62,267 nt of DNA from Patescibacteria group bacterium (GTDB lineage: Bacteria > Patescibacteriota > Patescibacteriia > Patescibacteriales > UBA12465), in the NCBI GenBank assembly GCA_041651095.1, contig JBAZJV010000007.1, positions 1 to 62,267 of the forward strand, in the 5' to 3' direction. This document shows positions 9,461 to 19,322 of this stretch, in pieces. The notes under the pieces are model-generated. The model searched no databases. It was not told the origin of the DNA and saw nothing but the letters and a program-made list of their open reading frames with translations. A program made the position numbers and the translations under genes. Each line of letters opens with the position of its first letter. The stretch's first letter is position 1.

Positions 9461-11245
9461 ATGTTCAACACCATCTTAGGCGTTGTATTGCTGCTTTTCC
9501 CTTTCCTCCTAATTTTCCGCTTCTCTGATCGGTGGCGCGGTTTCTTATATATTCTGACCGCCGATATCGCCTGGCACTTAACGGTGGCCCTAATCACGCA
9601 AGCTTTCCATATTTTCTCTTACCCCTTGATTTTGGTTATTCACAGCTTGCTGGCCGTAGCCGTCCTATGGGCTCTGGTCGGGAAAAATTCGCGACCGGAT
9701 TGGCAGATCAAAATCAACTGGCTGGCCATCGCCGCTTTCGCCATCATTATCTTCGAATTAGCTTCGGTCCATTATTTTTATTCCGGCGCGGTCAGTTCGC
9801 TCCGCAGCCAAGACAACGTCGCCCGCGAAAGTTATATTTATCCCTACTTTTCCGATGAATGGGTCGGCGTCGCCTTTGTCAAACGGGCAATCGCCAGCCA
9901 TTCGCTGCCTATCGTCAATCCGCTGATCGACGGATTCGGATATCAGAATTTTCCGAACATCTTCGTGGCTTTTTTCGCGTTCCTCGCGGAAATATTCCTA
10001 TTATTGAACCTCGCTCCGCTAACCGGCTATGCTATCCTGGGCATTGTTTTCGGCGCGTTGATTTGCTGGCTGGTCTATGTCTTGCTTCGGAATAATCAAG
10101 TGGGTCCGCTGGCGGCCACTGTCGGCGCTCTCTGCCTGCCTTATATCACTAACGGACAAAACCTGGCCGGCATCTGGTATTTGTTGCCCCTAACCGGCGG
10201 CTTGCCACTGTTATTGATCAGCTTGACGGCCGGCACGCTTAAGGATAAGGCGCTGGCCGGAGCCAGCGGCTTGCTGGCCGTTATCATCTACCCCCCGTTA
10301 GTGGTCTTTTGTCTGCCGGCCTATCTGGCGCTGTTATGCTTTGACGCGCAAGAACGAACCGCAGGTAAGCTACGAAATATAATTTACGGCGCCGTGGCGC
10401 TAGCCGCGGCGGCGGCCTTAGTCGTTTTCATCCAGAGAGCGAATTTTGGACAGTTGTCCGGCTTGTTCGCCACCTATCTGATATATCCCTCCCTCACCCG
10501 GGGCATCCCGTCTTTTGCCATCTGGAATATCATACCGTGGATTATCCTGCCTTTCGCCGCCATCGGATTAATCCGCTGGTGGCGGGAACGGGCCTGGACC
10601 CTGCTGATTCCGATTTATATCGGCCTGTTGCTTTGGATTATTTACACCCGCTCCTTATCTGTCTTTATTATCGGCTATGACCGGACCGTGGTCATCACTT
10701 CCTTCCTGATCGTCGGAGCCGGGGCGGCCGGGTTGGATTATCTGGCCAAATTGGCGGCCGAACGCTGGCCCTTCCTGAATCAGACGACGACCCGCCGACA
10801 AATAGCGCTATTCGTGCTGGCTATATTTCTGCTCTTGTCCTGGAATTACACGCAACGCGACAATTGGCGCCGGCTGATCTTACGGACGACGGTTGACGGC
10901 CGGGAAATAACGGTCAAGCCGCTCGCGCCAGCCACTAATTTCTTTACGGCCGAGGATCGGCAGCTGTTCGGCTCTCTGTCGCACGGCCGTTTCCTGTCAA
11001 ACGATTGGAAGGGCCTGGTCATCGGCGCCGCGACCGGCAATTGGCCGCTCAACTCCAAGGACTCCATAGTCACGAATAAGCTCCTGGACTTCGGTTATTT
11101 CGGCAGCTTGGATTGCGCCGACAAATATCAACAGGCGGTCAAATACGAATTAGGCTACGTTTACTCCCCGGCTTTCGACTGCCCGAACTTCCAGCTTCTC
11201 GGCTCCAGTAACGAGGACCTATATCTCTACCACTTTCAGCCTTAA
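9461..11245 (+). CDS. Multi-pass membrane protein, GT-C-like glycosyltransferase candidate
   Basis: More than 10 hydrophobic segments, acidic SDE in the first large loop, soluble C-terminal domain, position in a glycan locus. Confidence 0.5.
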   Translation: MFNTILGVVLLLFPFLLIFRFSDRWRGFLYILTADIAWHLTVALITQAFHIFSYPLILVIHSLLAVAVLWALVGKNSRPDWQIKINWLAIAAFAIIIFELASVHYFYSGAVSSLRSQDNVARESYIYPYFSDEWVGVAFVKRAIASHSLPIVNPLIDGFGYQNFPNIFVAFFAFLAEIFLLLNLAPLTGYAILGIVFGALICWLVYVLLRNNQVGPLAATVGALCLPYITNGQNLAGIWYLLPLTGGLPLLLISLTAGTLKDKALAGASGLLAVIIYPPLVVFCLPAYLALLCFDAQERTAGKLRNIIYGAVALAAAAALVVFIQRANFGQLSGLFATYLIYPSLTRGIPSFAIWNIIPWIILPFAAIGLIRWWRERAWTLLIPIYIGLLLWIIYTRSLSVFIIGYDRTVVITSFLIVGAGAAGLDYLAKLAAERWPFLNQTTTRRQIALFVLAIFLLLSWNYTQRDNWRRLILRTTVDGREITVKPLAPATNFFTAEDRQLFGSLSHGRFLSNDWKGLVIGAATGNWPLNSKDSIVTNKLLDFGYFGSLDCADKYQQAVKYELGYVYSPAFDCPNFQLLGSSNEDLYLYHFQP

Positions 11246-11254
11246 CTTGAAACT

Positions 11255-12409
11255 ATGAACCATCCCGCGCCACTCGTCACGATTATTCTGCCCTGCCTGA
11301 ACGAAGAGGGGGCGATTGTGGCTTGCTTGCAGGAAATCCAGCGCGCTTTGGCCGCTGGCAACTGGCCGGCCGAAGTGATCGTCGTAGACAACAATTCCCG
11401 CGACCGGAGCGCAGCGCTCGTCCTGGACTACCAAGCCCATTTCCCGCCCCTGCGGCTAGTGGAGGAAAAACAGAGCGGTTATGGCTTCGCTTACCAGCGA
11501 GGACTAAAAGAGGCGCAGGGCCGCTATATCTTCATGGCGGACGCCGACGGAACTTACGATTTCGGCGAGCTACCCCGCTTTATCAGGGCGCTGCAAGATG
11601 GCGCGGATTTGGCCGTCGGCAACCGGTTCAGCGGCGGCATCGCTGCCAAGGCAATGCCCTGGCCCAATCGCTATATCGGCAACCCATTCCTCTCCTGGCT
11701 GGTGCGCCGGCTGTTCCGGGTCAAGATAAACGATATCCATTGCGGCGCCCGGGCTATTTCCCGAGGAGCCTTGGATCGGCTCAATCTCTGCACCGGCGGC
11801 ATGGAATTCGCCTCGGAAATGATCATTAAAGCGGCACGACAGAATCTCCGGCTGGTCGAATTGCCGATCGCCTACCGGCCGCGCATCGGCGAATCAAAGC
11901 TCCATTCCCTGAGCGACGGCTGGCGCCACCTGCGCTTCATCCTGCTCTACTCGCCGTTATTCCTGTTCTTTCTGCCGGGAGCCGCCCTGTTCGCCCTCGG
12001 CCTAATCATGATGGCTATTTTTTATTTCTCCCAGCCGGTCATTTTTGGCGTGCCGCTCTATACCCATCCGATGTTTATTTTCTCGGTGATGATCATCCTC
12101 GGCTATCAGCTGATCTTATTCAGCGGTTTTTCCAAGGTCTACGCGATTACTCAGCTCGACGATAACGATCGCCTGATCGAATCGTTATTCCGCCATATCA
12201 CGATAGAAAAAACCGGCTTATTCGGACTGCTCTTGGCGGCGGTGGGCGCAATCATTTATTTGTCGATCCTGATCGGCTGGCTTAATTCCGGCTTCGGGGC
12301 TTTGCCAGAAATCAAAGAATCGATTATCGCCCTGACCTTATTGGTCTTGGGCATCCAGACTTTTTTCGCCGCCTTCATGTTCAGCATTCTAGGTATAAAA
12401 AATAAATGA
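11255..12409 (+). CDS. GT2 polyprenol-phosphate glycosyltransferase (DPM1-like) with C-terminal TM domain
   Basis: IILPCLNEE, VVDNNSRD, MADADGTY DxD, SGGI/RFS, FASEM, four C-terminal TMs. Confidence 0.9.
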   Translation: MNHPAPLVTIILPCLNEEGAIVACLQEIQRALAAGNWPAEVIVVDNNSRDRSAALVLDYQAHFPPLRLVEEKQSGYGFAYQRGLKEAQGRYIFMADADGTYDFGELPRFIRALQDGADLAVGNRFSGGIAAKAMPWPNRYIGNPFLSWLVRRLFRVKINDIHCGARAISRGALDRLNLCTGGMEFASEMIIKAARQNLRLVELPIAYRPRIGESKLHSLSDGWRHLRFILLYSPLFLFFLPGAALFALGLIMMAIFYFSQPVIFGVPLYTHPMFIFSVMIILGYQLILFSGFSKVYAITQLDDNDRLIESLFRHITIEKTGLFGLLLAAVGAIIYLSILIGWLNSGFGALPEIKESIIALTLLVLGIQTFFAAFMFSILGIKNK

Positions 12410-13503
12410 GAATCGCGATCTTCCATAATTATCTGGATAATATCGGCGGCGCCGAGATCGTCGCCCTGACTCTGGCCCGGGGGCTGGCCGCCGACGTCTA
12501 TACGACCAATATCGACGCGGCAAAAATCCGGCTGATGGGTTTCGCCGACGTCCTGCCCCGGATATTTTCGATCGGCCGGCTGCCCAAGAAGGCACCTTTC
12601 CGCCAACAGCTGGCTTTCTGGCGCTTCCGCCGGCTTGATCTGCGCGGCCGCTACGACTTTTTCATCATCGCCGGCGATTGGGCGATGTCGGCGGCCGTCA
12701 ATCACCGGCCGAATCTCTGGTATGTCCACAGTCCGCTCAACGAACTCTGGGAATTCCGGGACTTCATCCGCACCAATATCTTAAGCGCCTGGAAAGTTTC
12801 GCCCTATGATTTCTGGGTCTGGTTCAATCGTCGGCTGACGCTCAAATACGCCCGTACCGTGGATATCTGGGTCGCCAATTCGGAAAATACCCGGCGGCGT
12901 CTCCAGCGGTTCTACGGCCATGATGCGACGGTCATCAATCCGCCGGTCGATACGGCAGCCTATCGCTGGGCAGAACCGCGCGGCTACTGGCTATCGGTCA
13001 ACCGGCTGATCACCCATAAGCGAATAGATCTGCAAGTGAAGGCTTTCCGCGAACTGCCGGCTGAAAAATTGCTGATCGTCGGCAGTTATGAGGAGGGCGT
13101 CGAGCAATTCGAATCTTATAAGAACTATATCGATGGCATCAAACCGGCCAACGTCGAAATAATCCATTGGGCGGACGATCGGCGGCTGAAGGAATTATAT
13201 GCCGGTTGTCGCGGTTTCATCACTACGGCGAAAGATGAGGATTTCGGGATGACCGTCGTGGAAGCGATGGCCGCCGGCAAACCGGTCATCGCGCCGGCCG
13301 AGGGTGGCTACCTGGAAACCGTGACGCCGGAAACCGGCGAGTTGATCGCCGACATCGACCCGGGCAAGCTGGCGGCGGCTATAAAAAAAATCGGCGCCGC
13401 TTTGCAAGCGATGCCGGAATATTATATCACCGCTTGTCAGAATCGGGCCGCCAAATTTGCCACGGATGTTTTCTTGTCCAAAATCAAGAAGCTTATCGCC
13501 TAA
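12406..13503 (+). CDS. GT4 (GT-B) glycosyltransferase
   Basis: GGAE, EDFGMTVVEAMAAGKPVI (Ex7E) motif. Confidence 0.92.
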   Translation: MRIAIFHNYLDNIGGAEIVALTLARGLAADVYTTNIDAAKIRLMGFADVLPRIFSIGRLPKKAPFRQQLAFWRFRRLDLRGRYDFFIIAGDWAMSAAVNHRPNLWYVHSPLNELWEFRDFIRTNILSAWKVSPYDFWVWFNRRLTLKYARTVDIWVANSENTRRRLQRFYGHDATVINPPVDTAAYRWAEPRGYWLSVNRLITHKRIDLQVKAFRELPAEKLLIVGSYEEGVEQFESYKNYIDGIKPANVEIIHWADDRRLKELYAGCRGFITTAKDEDFGMTVVEAMAAGKPVIAPAEGGYLETVTPETGELIADIDPGKLAAAIKKIGAALQAMPEYYITACQNRAAKFATDVFLSKIKKLIA

Positions 13504-13517
13504 AACGGCGGCAAGCG

Positions 13518-14555
13518 CTAAACGGCCGCGATCAATCGTCTGAGTGTGCCCAACACTTTAGCCTCATCCCATTCCAAACTTTCATTGCGGCCGTTAAAAT
13601 AAATGCCGGCGAAGTCGCGTGACGATCTGTCGCGGCGAGCCAATACCTGAAGCGCCTCTCGTAATTTAGCGAGAGCTTTTTTATGCCCGGTGTTTTCCAG
13701 AATATAGGCGCGCGGCGAAAACTGCCGATAATTACCAAGCACGTATTCGATGGCCTCGGCCAGCTTGACCGGCGTCGGTTCGAACAACAACCCTGTCCGC
13801 GCATTAATATGTTTCTTGGTCGGATTGGTCGTATCCTGAGGCACCAAGACCGGAATGTCGGCCGAGAGGCATTCCATCTTAAAACGATTGACCCCTTCGA
13901 AAACGCTGGTCAGGATGCCCATCCGGGCCGAATTAATCAGGCGATTGACGCGCTCCGGGTTTACCGGCAAGCCATGCCGGCCGGTAGCAAAACGGTAGGG
14001 GAAATCGATGCAGGCTCCCGATTGTCTGGCCGCGCTGATAGTTTCGCGCCGCAAGGCGCTTTCCGGCGTCTTTTCCCAAAAACGGCGGCGCTGCCAAAAA
14101 TGGCCGAATTTAATAAATTTCTGCGGTCGCAAAAGAGCCGCCGCCTGGACGAATAATTCGTGCCGTTTAAAAGGCTGCCAGGCCGCGATCTGGATGCCGA
14201 CGTAACGGGGCGCCAGCCCCAAAGGACGGAAGATGTCCGTATCCACGAAATCGGCATTGGCAAATTCTATTAATAGAGCCTTGGGGAATCTTTTCTTGGT
14301 TTCCTCCCACAGCGTCAAGTCCTCCACCAGCTTGATATCGGCGGATAATTCCTTATTTATCCCCCACCAGCCTTTTCTCTCTATCAAATAAAAGAAATCC
14401 CTGAGACTGGGCATTAACCGGAGCAGCCGGTCGCATTCGTTCATAATCAGAGCGCCTTTTTCCAGCCGGCTGGCGCGACGGCGCGGTTCAGCCAGGACGG
14501 CCAGGGAAAATGGCGCATCGGGCCGATCGTTAATGTGATTTTCTTGTCCGTTCAT
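13518..14555 (-). CDS. GT-B glycosyltransferase-like protein
   Basis: FKRH, TSVFEGVNRFKMECLSADIPVL (Ex7E-like). Confidence 0.65.
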   Translation of the reverse strand: MNGQENHINDRPDAPFSLAVLAEPRRRASRLEKGALIMNECDRLLRLMPSLRDFFYLIERKGWWGINKELSADIKLVEDLTLWEETKKRFPKALLIEFANADFVDTDIFRPLGLAPRYVGIQIAAWQPFKRHELFVQAAALLRPQKFIKFGHFWQRRRFWEKTPESALRRETISAARQSGACIDFPYRFATGRHGLPVNPERVNRLINSARMGILTSVFEGVNRFKMECLSADIPVLVPQDTTNPTKKHINARTGLLFEPTPVKLAEAIEYVLGNYRQFSPRAYILENTGHKKALAKLREALQVLARRDRSSRDFAGIYFNGRNESLEWDEAKVLGTLRRLIAAV

Positions 14556-14649
14556 AAATTAATCTTGGCCAGAAAAATGGCTATTATACGGCTTGAAACC
14601 ATCATTATTAATATAGCACGCGCCGGACAAAAATGTTATAATCAGCTAT

Positions 14650-15711
14650 ATGTCATCATCGCGAAAACAACTATTGGTCACGCTGGCCGACCGCCATTTC
14701 CTGGAGCAAGCCAAACAACTCTTCTCTTCGGTATATCATAATGCCGGCTGGCAGGGCGACTACCTGCTCTTGGCGCACGACGTGCCGGACGATGAACTGG
14801 CGTGGTTCCGGAACAAGAGGATACTGGTCTATCAATGCGCTCCGTTGGCTCATGGTCAAATCGGCTGCGGACATGGCAATTATCCGGCCGTGGTCTTAGA
14901 CAAATTCTATCTCTTCACGCCCTATTTCCGCCAATGGGAAAAAATAATCTTCCTGGACGCGGATATCATGGTGCAAGCGTCGCTGGATCGCTTCTTGCCG
15001 GCGGCCGGCTTATCCGCGCCCAATGCGACCGACCTGAACTTAAAAAAAGAGTTCAACCCGCGGCTCGATCCGGTCTTATGGGCGGAAATAAATCGCCGTC
15101 AGCCGTTACGCGGGCCCTCTTTTAACACGGGCGTCCTGGCTTTTGACACCGGCCTGATCACCGACGACCTGTTCCCTCGCTTAGTGGCGGAGTACCAACG
15201 ATCCGGCCGCCTGAATTATTGCGGCGAAGAAGGAACTTTCAATCTGGTCTTTTATAAAAATTGGCAAAAGCTGCCGATTATCTGCAATGTCTATCCCGAC
15301 TTCATAATCAACGCTTTCGGGGTAAAGCAAGAAAGGCTGCGCGCCGTTATCCTGCACTTCGCCTGCCATGTCATCAGGCCCTGGATGGCTGAAAGTCCCT
15401 ACCACGAAGCCTGGAAAAATAACCTGCGCCTGGCCGAAACCATGGACTTATCGCAATCGCCTAAGGCGGCCAAGGTCTGGTCGGACCAAGAGGTCAGAAA
15501 TGAAACCCGGTTCCTGCACTTCAGGATGCTGTTCCCGATATGCGCCTGGCGGGAGCGATTACGCAGCAGCTACCGTTGGTTGACCGCCCGCCCCGACTGG
15601 CTCGTCGGCCAAATCGGCCGGTTGATCAAACGGCTATCCCCGGCAGCTTACCAAAAGATGCTGCGTTTCAAAAAACACGCTTTCCGGACAGATCAGGAAG
15701 GAATGAATTAA
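14650..15711 (+). CDS. GT8 family glycosyltransferase (copy 1)
   Basis: IIFLDADIMV DxD, FNTGVLAF, GEEG.FNL, ILHF. Confidence 0.85.
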   Translation: MSSSRKQLLVTLADRHFLEQAKQLFSSVYHNAGWQGDYLLLAHDVPDDELAWFRNKRILVYQCAPLAHGQIGCGHGNYPAVVLDKFYLFTPYFRQWEKIIFLDADIMVQASLDRFLPAAGLSAPNATDLNLKKEFNPRLDPVLWAEINRRQPLRGPSFNTGVLAFDTGLITDDLFPRLVAEYQRSGRLNYCGEEGTFNLVFYKNWQKLPIICNVYPDFIINAFGVKQERLRAVILHFACHVIRPWMAESPYHEAWKNNLRLAETMDLSQSPKAAKVWSDQEVRNETRFLHFRMLFPICAWRERLRSSYRWLTARPDWLVGQIGRLIKRLSPAAYQKMLRFKKHAFRTDQEGMN

Positions 15712-16048
15712 CCGAACATATGCCTAAGAAATCTCAATACCTGCTGGTTACGCTGGCTGACCGCCATTTCCTGGATCAGGCCAAGCAGCTTTTCTCTTCG
15801 GTATATCATAATGCCGGCTGGCAGGGCGACTATCTGCTCCTGGCGCACGACGTGCCGGACGATGAACTGGCGTGGTTCCGGAACAAGGGGATACTGATCT
15901 ACCAATGCCGCCCCCTGGATCACGGCATGATTGCCAACAACAGCCTTCCCGCCATCGTCCTGACCAAATTCTATCTCTTCACGCCCTATTTCCGCCAATG
16001 GGAAAAAATAATCTTCCTGGATGCGGATATCATCGTACAGGCGTCGCT
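14675..16048 (+). repeat. Near-identical 5' blocks of the two GT8 genes (14675-14836 vs 15745-15906; identical 57-mer at 14901-14957 and 15965-16021)
   Basis: Direct nucleotide comparison by eye. Confidence 0.85.
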
Positions 16049-16739
16049 CGATAAATTGCTGGCCACGACCGGCTTCCTGGCTGTCGCGGACATGTTCAAC
16101 GGACGGTTAAGGCGGCAGTTCGAGCCGAGCGCCGACCCGCGCCTATTCGCTGAATTGAATCATCAATATAAACTGCACGATTTGGCTTTCAATAGCGGCG
16201 TCCTGGTCTTCGGGCCGGAAACCATCACGGACGAATTATTCCCGCGACTGATCGGCTTGTATAAAAAATTCGGGATCCTGGATACCTATGGCGAACAGGG
16301 GATATTTAACCTGGCCTTCTATCACAATTGGCGGCCGTTACCGGTCGTTTATAACTTCACCTTGTATGATTGCGACCGATATTGGATCAGGCGCCAGGAT
16401 TTACGAGCCATCAATATCCACTTCATCGGGCCGGAAAAGCCTTGGCGGCCCAATAACGTTTTTTATCCGCTCTGGCAAGAAAGCCTGGCTTTGGCCGAAA
16501 AGATCGATTTAACGTGTCCGCTATCGGCAAAGCGGATCTGGCCGGACTGGGAAATATGGGCCTATCCGCTCTGGCTCCGCGTCTTGAGCATGCCGCGGGC
16601 CTGGCTGACCCTGGTAAACGAGCGGCTCCATAAATTCCTCGGCCAAAGCGGACGCGCCATTAAAAAAAGGAGTCCCGGTCTCTACGATCAAATAATAAAA
16701 CTGAAAACATGCTGGCCGATAAAAATAAAACGTCAGTAA
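15720..16739 (+). CDS. GT8 family glycosyltransferase (copy 2; start re-called at 15720, MPKKSQ)
   Basis: IIFLDADIIV, FNSGVLVF, GEQG.FNL, HFIGPEKPW; the start aligns with that of copy 1. Confidence 0.88.
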   Translation: MPKKSQYLLVTLADRHFLDQAKQLFSSVYHNAGWQGDYLLLAHDVPDDELAWFRNKGILIYQCRPLDHGMIANNSLPAIVLTKFYLFTPYFRQWEKIIFLDADIIVQASLDKLLATTGFLAVADMFNGRLRRQFEPSADPRLFAELNHQYKLHDLAFNSGVLVFGPETITDELFPRLIGLYKKFGILDTYGEQGIFNLAFYHNWRPLPVVYNFTLYDCDRYWIRRQDLRAINIHFIGPEKPWRPNNVFYPLWQESLALAEKIDLTCPLSAKRIWPDWEIWAYPLWLRVLSMPRAWLTLVNERLHKFLGQSGRAIKKRSPGLYDQIIKLKTCWPIKIKRQ

Positions 16740-17644
16740 TCGTTCCGGTCCATAACGGCGCCGCGACTTTAAGCGCCTGCTTGGCGTCCTTAATCGCGCA
16801 GACCCGCCCGGCGGACGAACTGATCATCGTCGATAACGCTTCCCGCGACCGGACGAAAGATATCATCGCGGATTTCGCCGGGCGCGACGGTAAAATGCGC
16901 TATATCTTCGAAGCCGGGCCGGGCCGCGGCCGGGCGAGAAACGCCGGCCTGCGCGCGGCCAGCGGAGAAATCATCGCCATGACCGACGCCGATTGCGTCG
17001 TGCCGCCGGATTGGCTGGAACGGCTGATCCGGCCGATCGAGACAAACAATGAAGCGGCGGTCATGGGGTTTGAAACGGATGGAATAGATAATTATTGGTC
17101 GCAACACCGGCAGGCGGCGGACGACCGTTATTTGCGGAGTAAAACTAAAAACGGTTATATTGATTTCCTGGACACCAAAAATTTTGCGATTCGGGCCGAT
17201 ATCTTGAAAGGTCTGGAATTCAATCCGGCGTTAGTCGCCTGTGAAGATCTGGATCTCTTTCTAAGACTTAAAAAAAGAGGCATCGCGATACGATTCCTCC
17301 CGGAATTAAAAGTCCGGCACTGCCACGTTTCCTCCTTCCGGAAATTAGCAAACACGCAATTCAGATATGGCCGCTACTCACGGGCGATCGCCGAGTTCTA
17401 CCGAAACGATGCCGCCCTGCGCGATTATCTGCCGATTCCAGAAAATGCGCATCTTAGCGTCGGCCGCCGGCTGTTATCCTTATTGCTCTGGTCAATTGAT
17501 GAAATTATCCATCATCCCCAAGACGCGCCCTATAAACTGACCGATGATTGGGCCTGGAAAATCGGCGCGCTTTCTCTCCGATTCAAGCCAATCCGCCTGG
17601 ACCGCCAAGCTGCCGACGGGCGAAGCCGCATTACCGGCCGTTGA
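16709..17644 (+). CDS. GT2 family glycosyltransferase
   Basis: SVIVPVHNG, IVDNASRD, MTDADCVV, CEDLDL. Confidence 0.92.
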   Translation: MLADKNKTSVIVPVHNGAATLSACLASLIAQTRPADELIIVDNASRDRTKDIIADFAGRDGKMRYIFEAGPGRGRARNAGLRAASGEIIAMTDADCVVPPDWLERLIRPIETNNEAAVMGFETDGIDNYWSQHRQAADDRYLRSKTKNGYIDFLDTKNFAIRADILKGLEFNPALVACEDLDLFLRLKKRGIAIRFLPELKVRHCHVSSFRKLANTQFRYGRYSRAIAEFYRNDAALRDYLPIPENAHLSVGRRLLSLLLWSIDEIIHHPQDAPYKLTDDWAWKIGALSLRFKPIRLDRQAADGRSRITGR

Positions 17645-18398
17645 TCAGCTCCAGATAATGTTTCGCTACCGCCGCCGTCGGGCCGTCCTGGATTATCCGC
17701 CCCCGCTCCAAAAGGATGGAACGCTGACAATATTTTTCGATCAGACCGAGGTTATGATTGACCAAGAGGACGGTCGTCCCGCCGCGGATAAATTCTTCCA
17801 TTTGCGCCAAGGCTTTCTTCTGAAAAGCCAGGTCGCCGCCAGCGCCGAAAACCTCATCGAACAAGATGATGTCCGGGCGTTTCTGCCGCAAACATTGGAA
17901 GGTGACGGCAAAACTTAGACGGCTCATCATGCCGGAAGAAAATTGGTAGACCTTGGTATCGATAAAATCCGCCAATTCGGCAAAAGCGACGATATCGCCG
18001 AAACGCAGGTCGATCTCTTTCCGCTTCAGGCCCATCAACAAGCCGACCAAATAGATATTTTCCCTCATTGTCAGGCGATCCCTTAAACCCGAGCTGAAAC
18101 CGTTCAAATAAACGATTTCTCCCCGCGAATCGACGGTACCGGAGTCGGCCTGGTAGATGCCGGCGATCAAGCGCAAAAGAGTGCTCTTGCCCGAGCCATT
18201 CCGGCCGATCAGGCCGATATTTTCCCCGGCGGCGGCAGTAAAAGAAATGTCTTGTAAGACATCCAGGGTCTTATGCGCTTCCTTGCTGCCCAGCAAAGAC
18301 AAGGCGCGCCCTAAGGCGTTATTATTCTTCTTAAAACCGATGTTGAACCGCTTGGAGACGCGATCGACCGATATTTGTTGGGCGGATATGATTTCCAT
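17631..18398 (-). CDS. wzt: Polysaccharide ABC exporter ATPase (Wzt/TagH-like, no C-terminal carbohydrate-binding domain)
   Basis: GRNGSGKST, FSSGMMSRL, FDEVFGAGD; 255 aa. Confidence 0.88.
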   Translation of the reverse strand: MEIISAQQISVDRVSKRFNIGFKKNNNALGRALSLLGSKEAHKTLDVLQDISFTAAAGENIGLIGRNGSGKSTLLRLIAGIYQADSGTVDSRGEIVYLNGFSSGLRDRLTMRENIYLVGLLMGLKRKEIDLRFGDIVAFAELADFIDTKVYQFSSGMMSRLSFAVTFQCLRQKRPDIILFDEVFGAGGDLAFQKKALAQMEEFIRGGTTVLLVNHNLGLIEKYCQRSILLERGRIIQDGPTAAVAKHYLELINGR

Positions 18399-18404
18399 AT
18401 AATT

Positions 18405-19313
18405 TTAGTCTAAAGGATGAAAGCCGTAACGGTCGATCATAAACCCCCGGCTGATATCGGCGGGCGCCAGATCGATAACCGGGCCGGTCTCGTCCCAAAA
18501 AGTCTGATCGCCATAAGTCTCGGCCAGATACCGCCCGTACTTGAAATTCATGAAATGCAAATAAATATATTCGTTGCCGTATTGCCGCCGGTCGGTAACG
18601 CGGCCATTCTGCCAGAACCAGACGGTCGGGTGCTCGGCGCTTCCGTCCCGCCAGCGCATCGGCGTGAGCGGCGTAGTGAATTGTTCCTGCAAATATAATT
18701 TATGGCGATACTTGATGCCTCGCGGCCTAAGCAAATCGTAAAAGAATCTCTGTCGCGGTGACAAGCCGGCCGGGTAACGGAAAACCTCGATCAGCATATC
18801 TTCATCGAAATGGCGATAAACACTATCTTCCAGAACCTGCCGCCAATCCTTGACCCGGCGGAAAGCGTTACGCAACCAAGCAGAGTTCCGAAACAGGGCA
18901 AGATGCCCGGCGATCATCGTGGCGCTGGTACTGAGCACATTATTTTTTAGCACCTCTGCCGTATAGAACCTCCGAATATCGCCGTAGATGACGTCAATAT
19001 CGCCGTAGCCGAAAAAATCATAGCCGCGGATCTCTTCCTCGAATAAAACTCCCCGAGTCGGCTTAAGATCGCACAACTTGTAATCGTCGGCGGGCGCGAA
19101 ATTAATCTGCAGACGCTCGCTGACATGCCGGATATAAGCCGCTCGGGTCATGGACCGGAATATCACATTTTTGATATTAAAAGAATCGACCGGGCAATCA
19201 GTATGGATCAGCCACGTGATATCGGGATTCCTCCGGCAGCTTTCCAGGTAGAACGGGAACCACCGGGGCCACTGGCCGCCAAAATAATCAATGATGATAA
19301 TGATAGATTTCAT
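18405..19313 (-). CDS. DUF6625-like putative glycosyltransferase
   Basis: YFG.WP.WF.FYL.SC..NP, YKLCDLKP..G.LF, FFGYGDIDVIYGD, GHL. Confidence 0.7.
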   Translation of the reverse strand: MKSIIIIIDYFGGQWPRWFPFYLESCRRNPDITWLIHTDCPVDSFNIKNVIFRSMTRAAYIRHVSERLQINFAPADDYKLCDLKPTRGVLFEEEIRGYDFFGYGDIDVIYGDIRRFYTAEVLKNNVLSTSATMIAGHLALFRNSAWLRNAFRRVKDWRQVLEDSVYRHFDEDMLIEVFRYPAGLSPRQRFFYDLLRPRGIKYRHKLYLQEQFTTPLTPMRWRDGSAEHPTVWFWQNGRVTDRRQYGNEYIYLHFMNFKYGRYLAETYGDQTFWDETGPVIDLAPADISRGFMIDRYGFHPLD

Positions 19314-19322
19314 AGCCTCGGC

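Noticed and set aside
15540-15719. N-terminal extension of the second GT8
   Set aside because: It overlaps the first GT8 by 170 nt; the paralog alignment starts at 15720.
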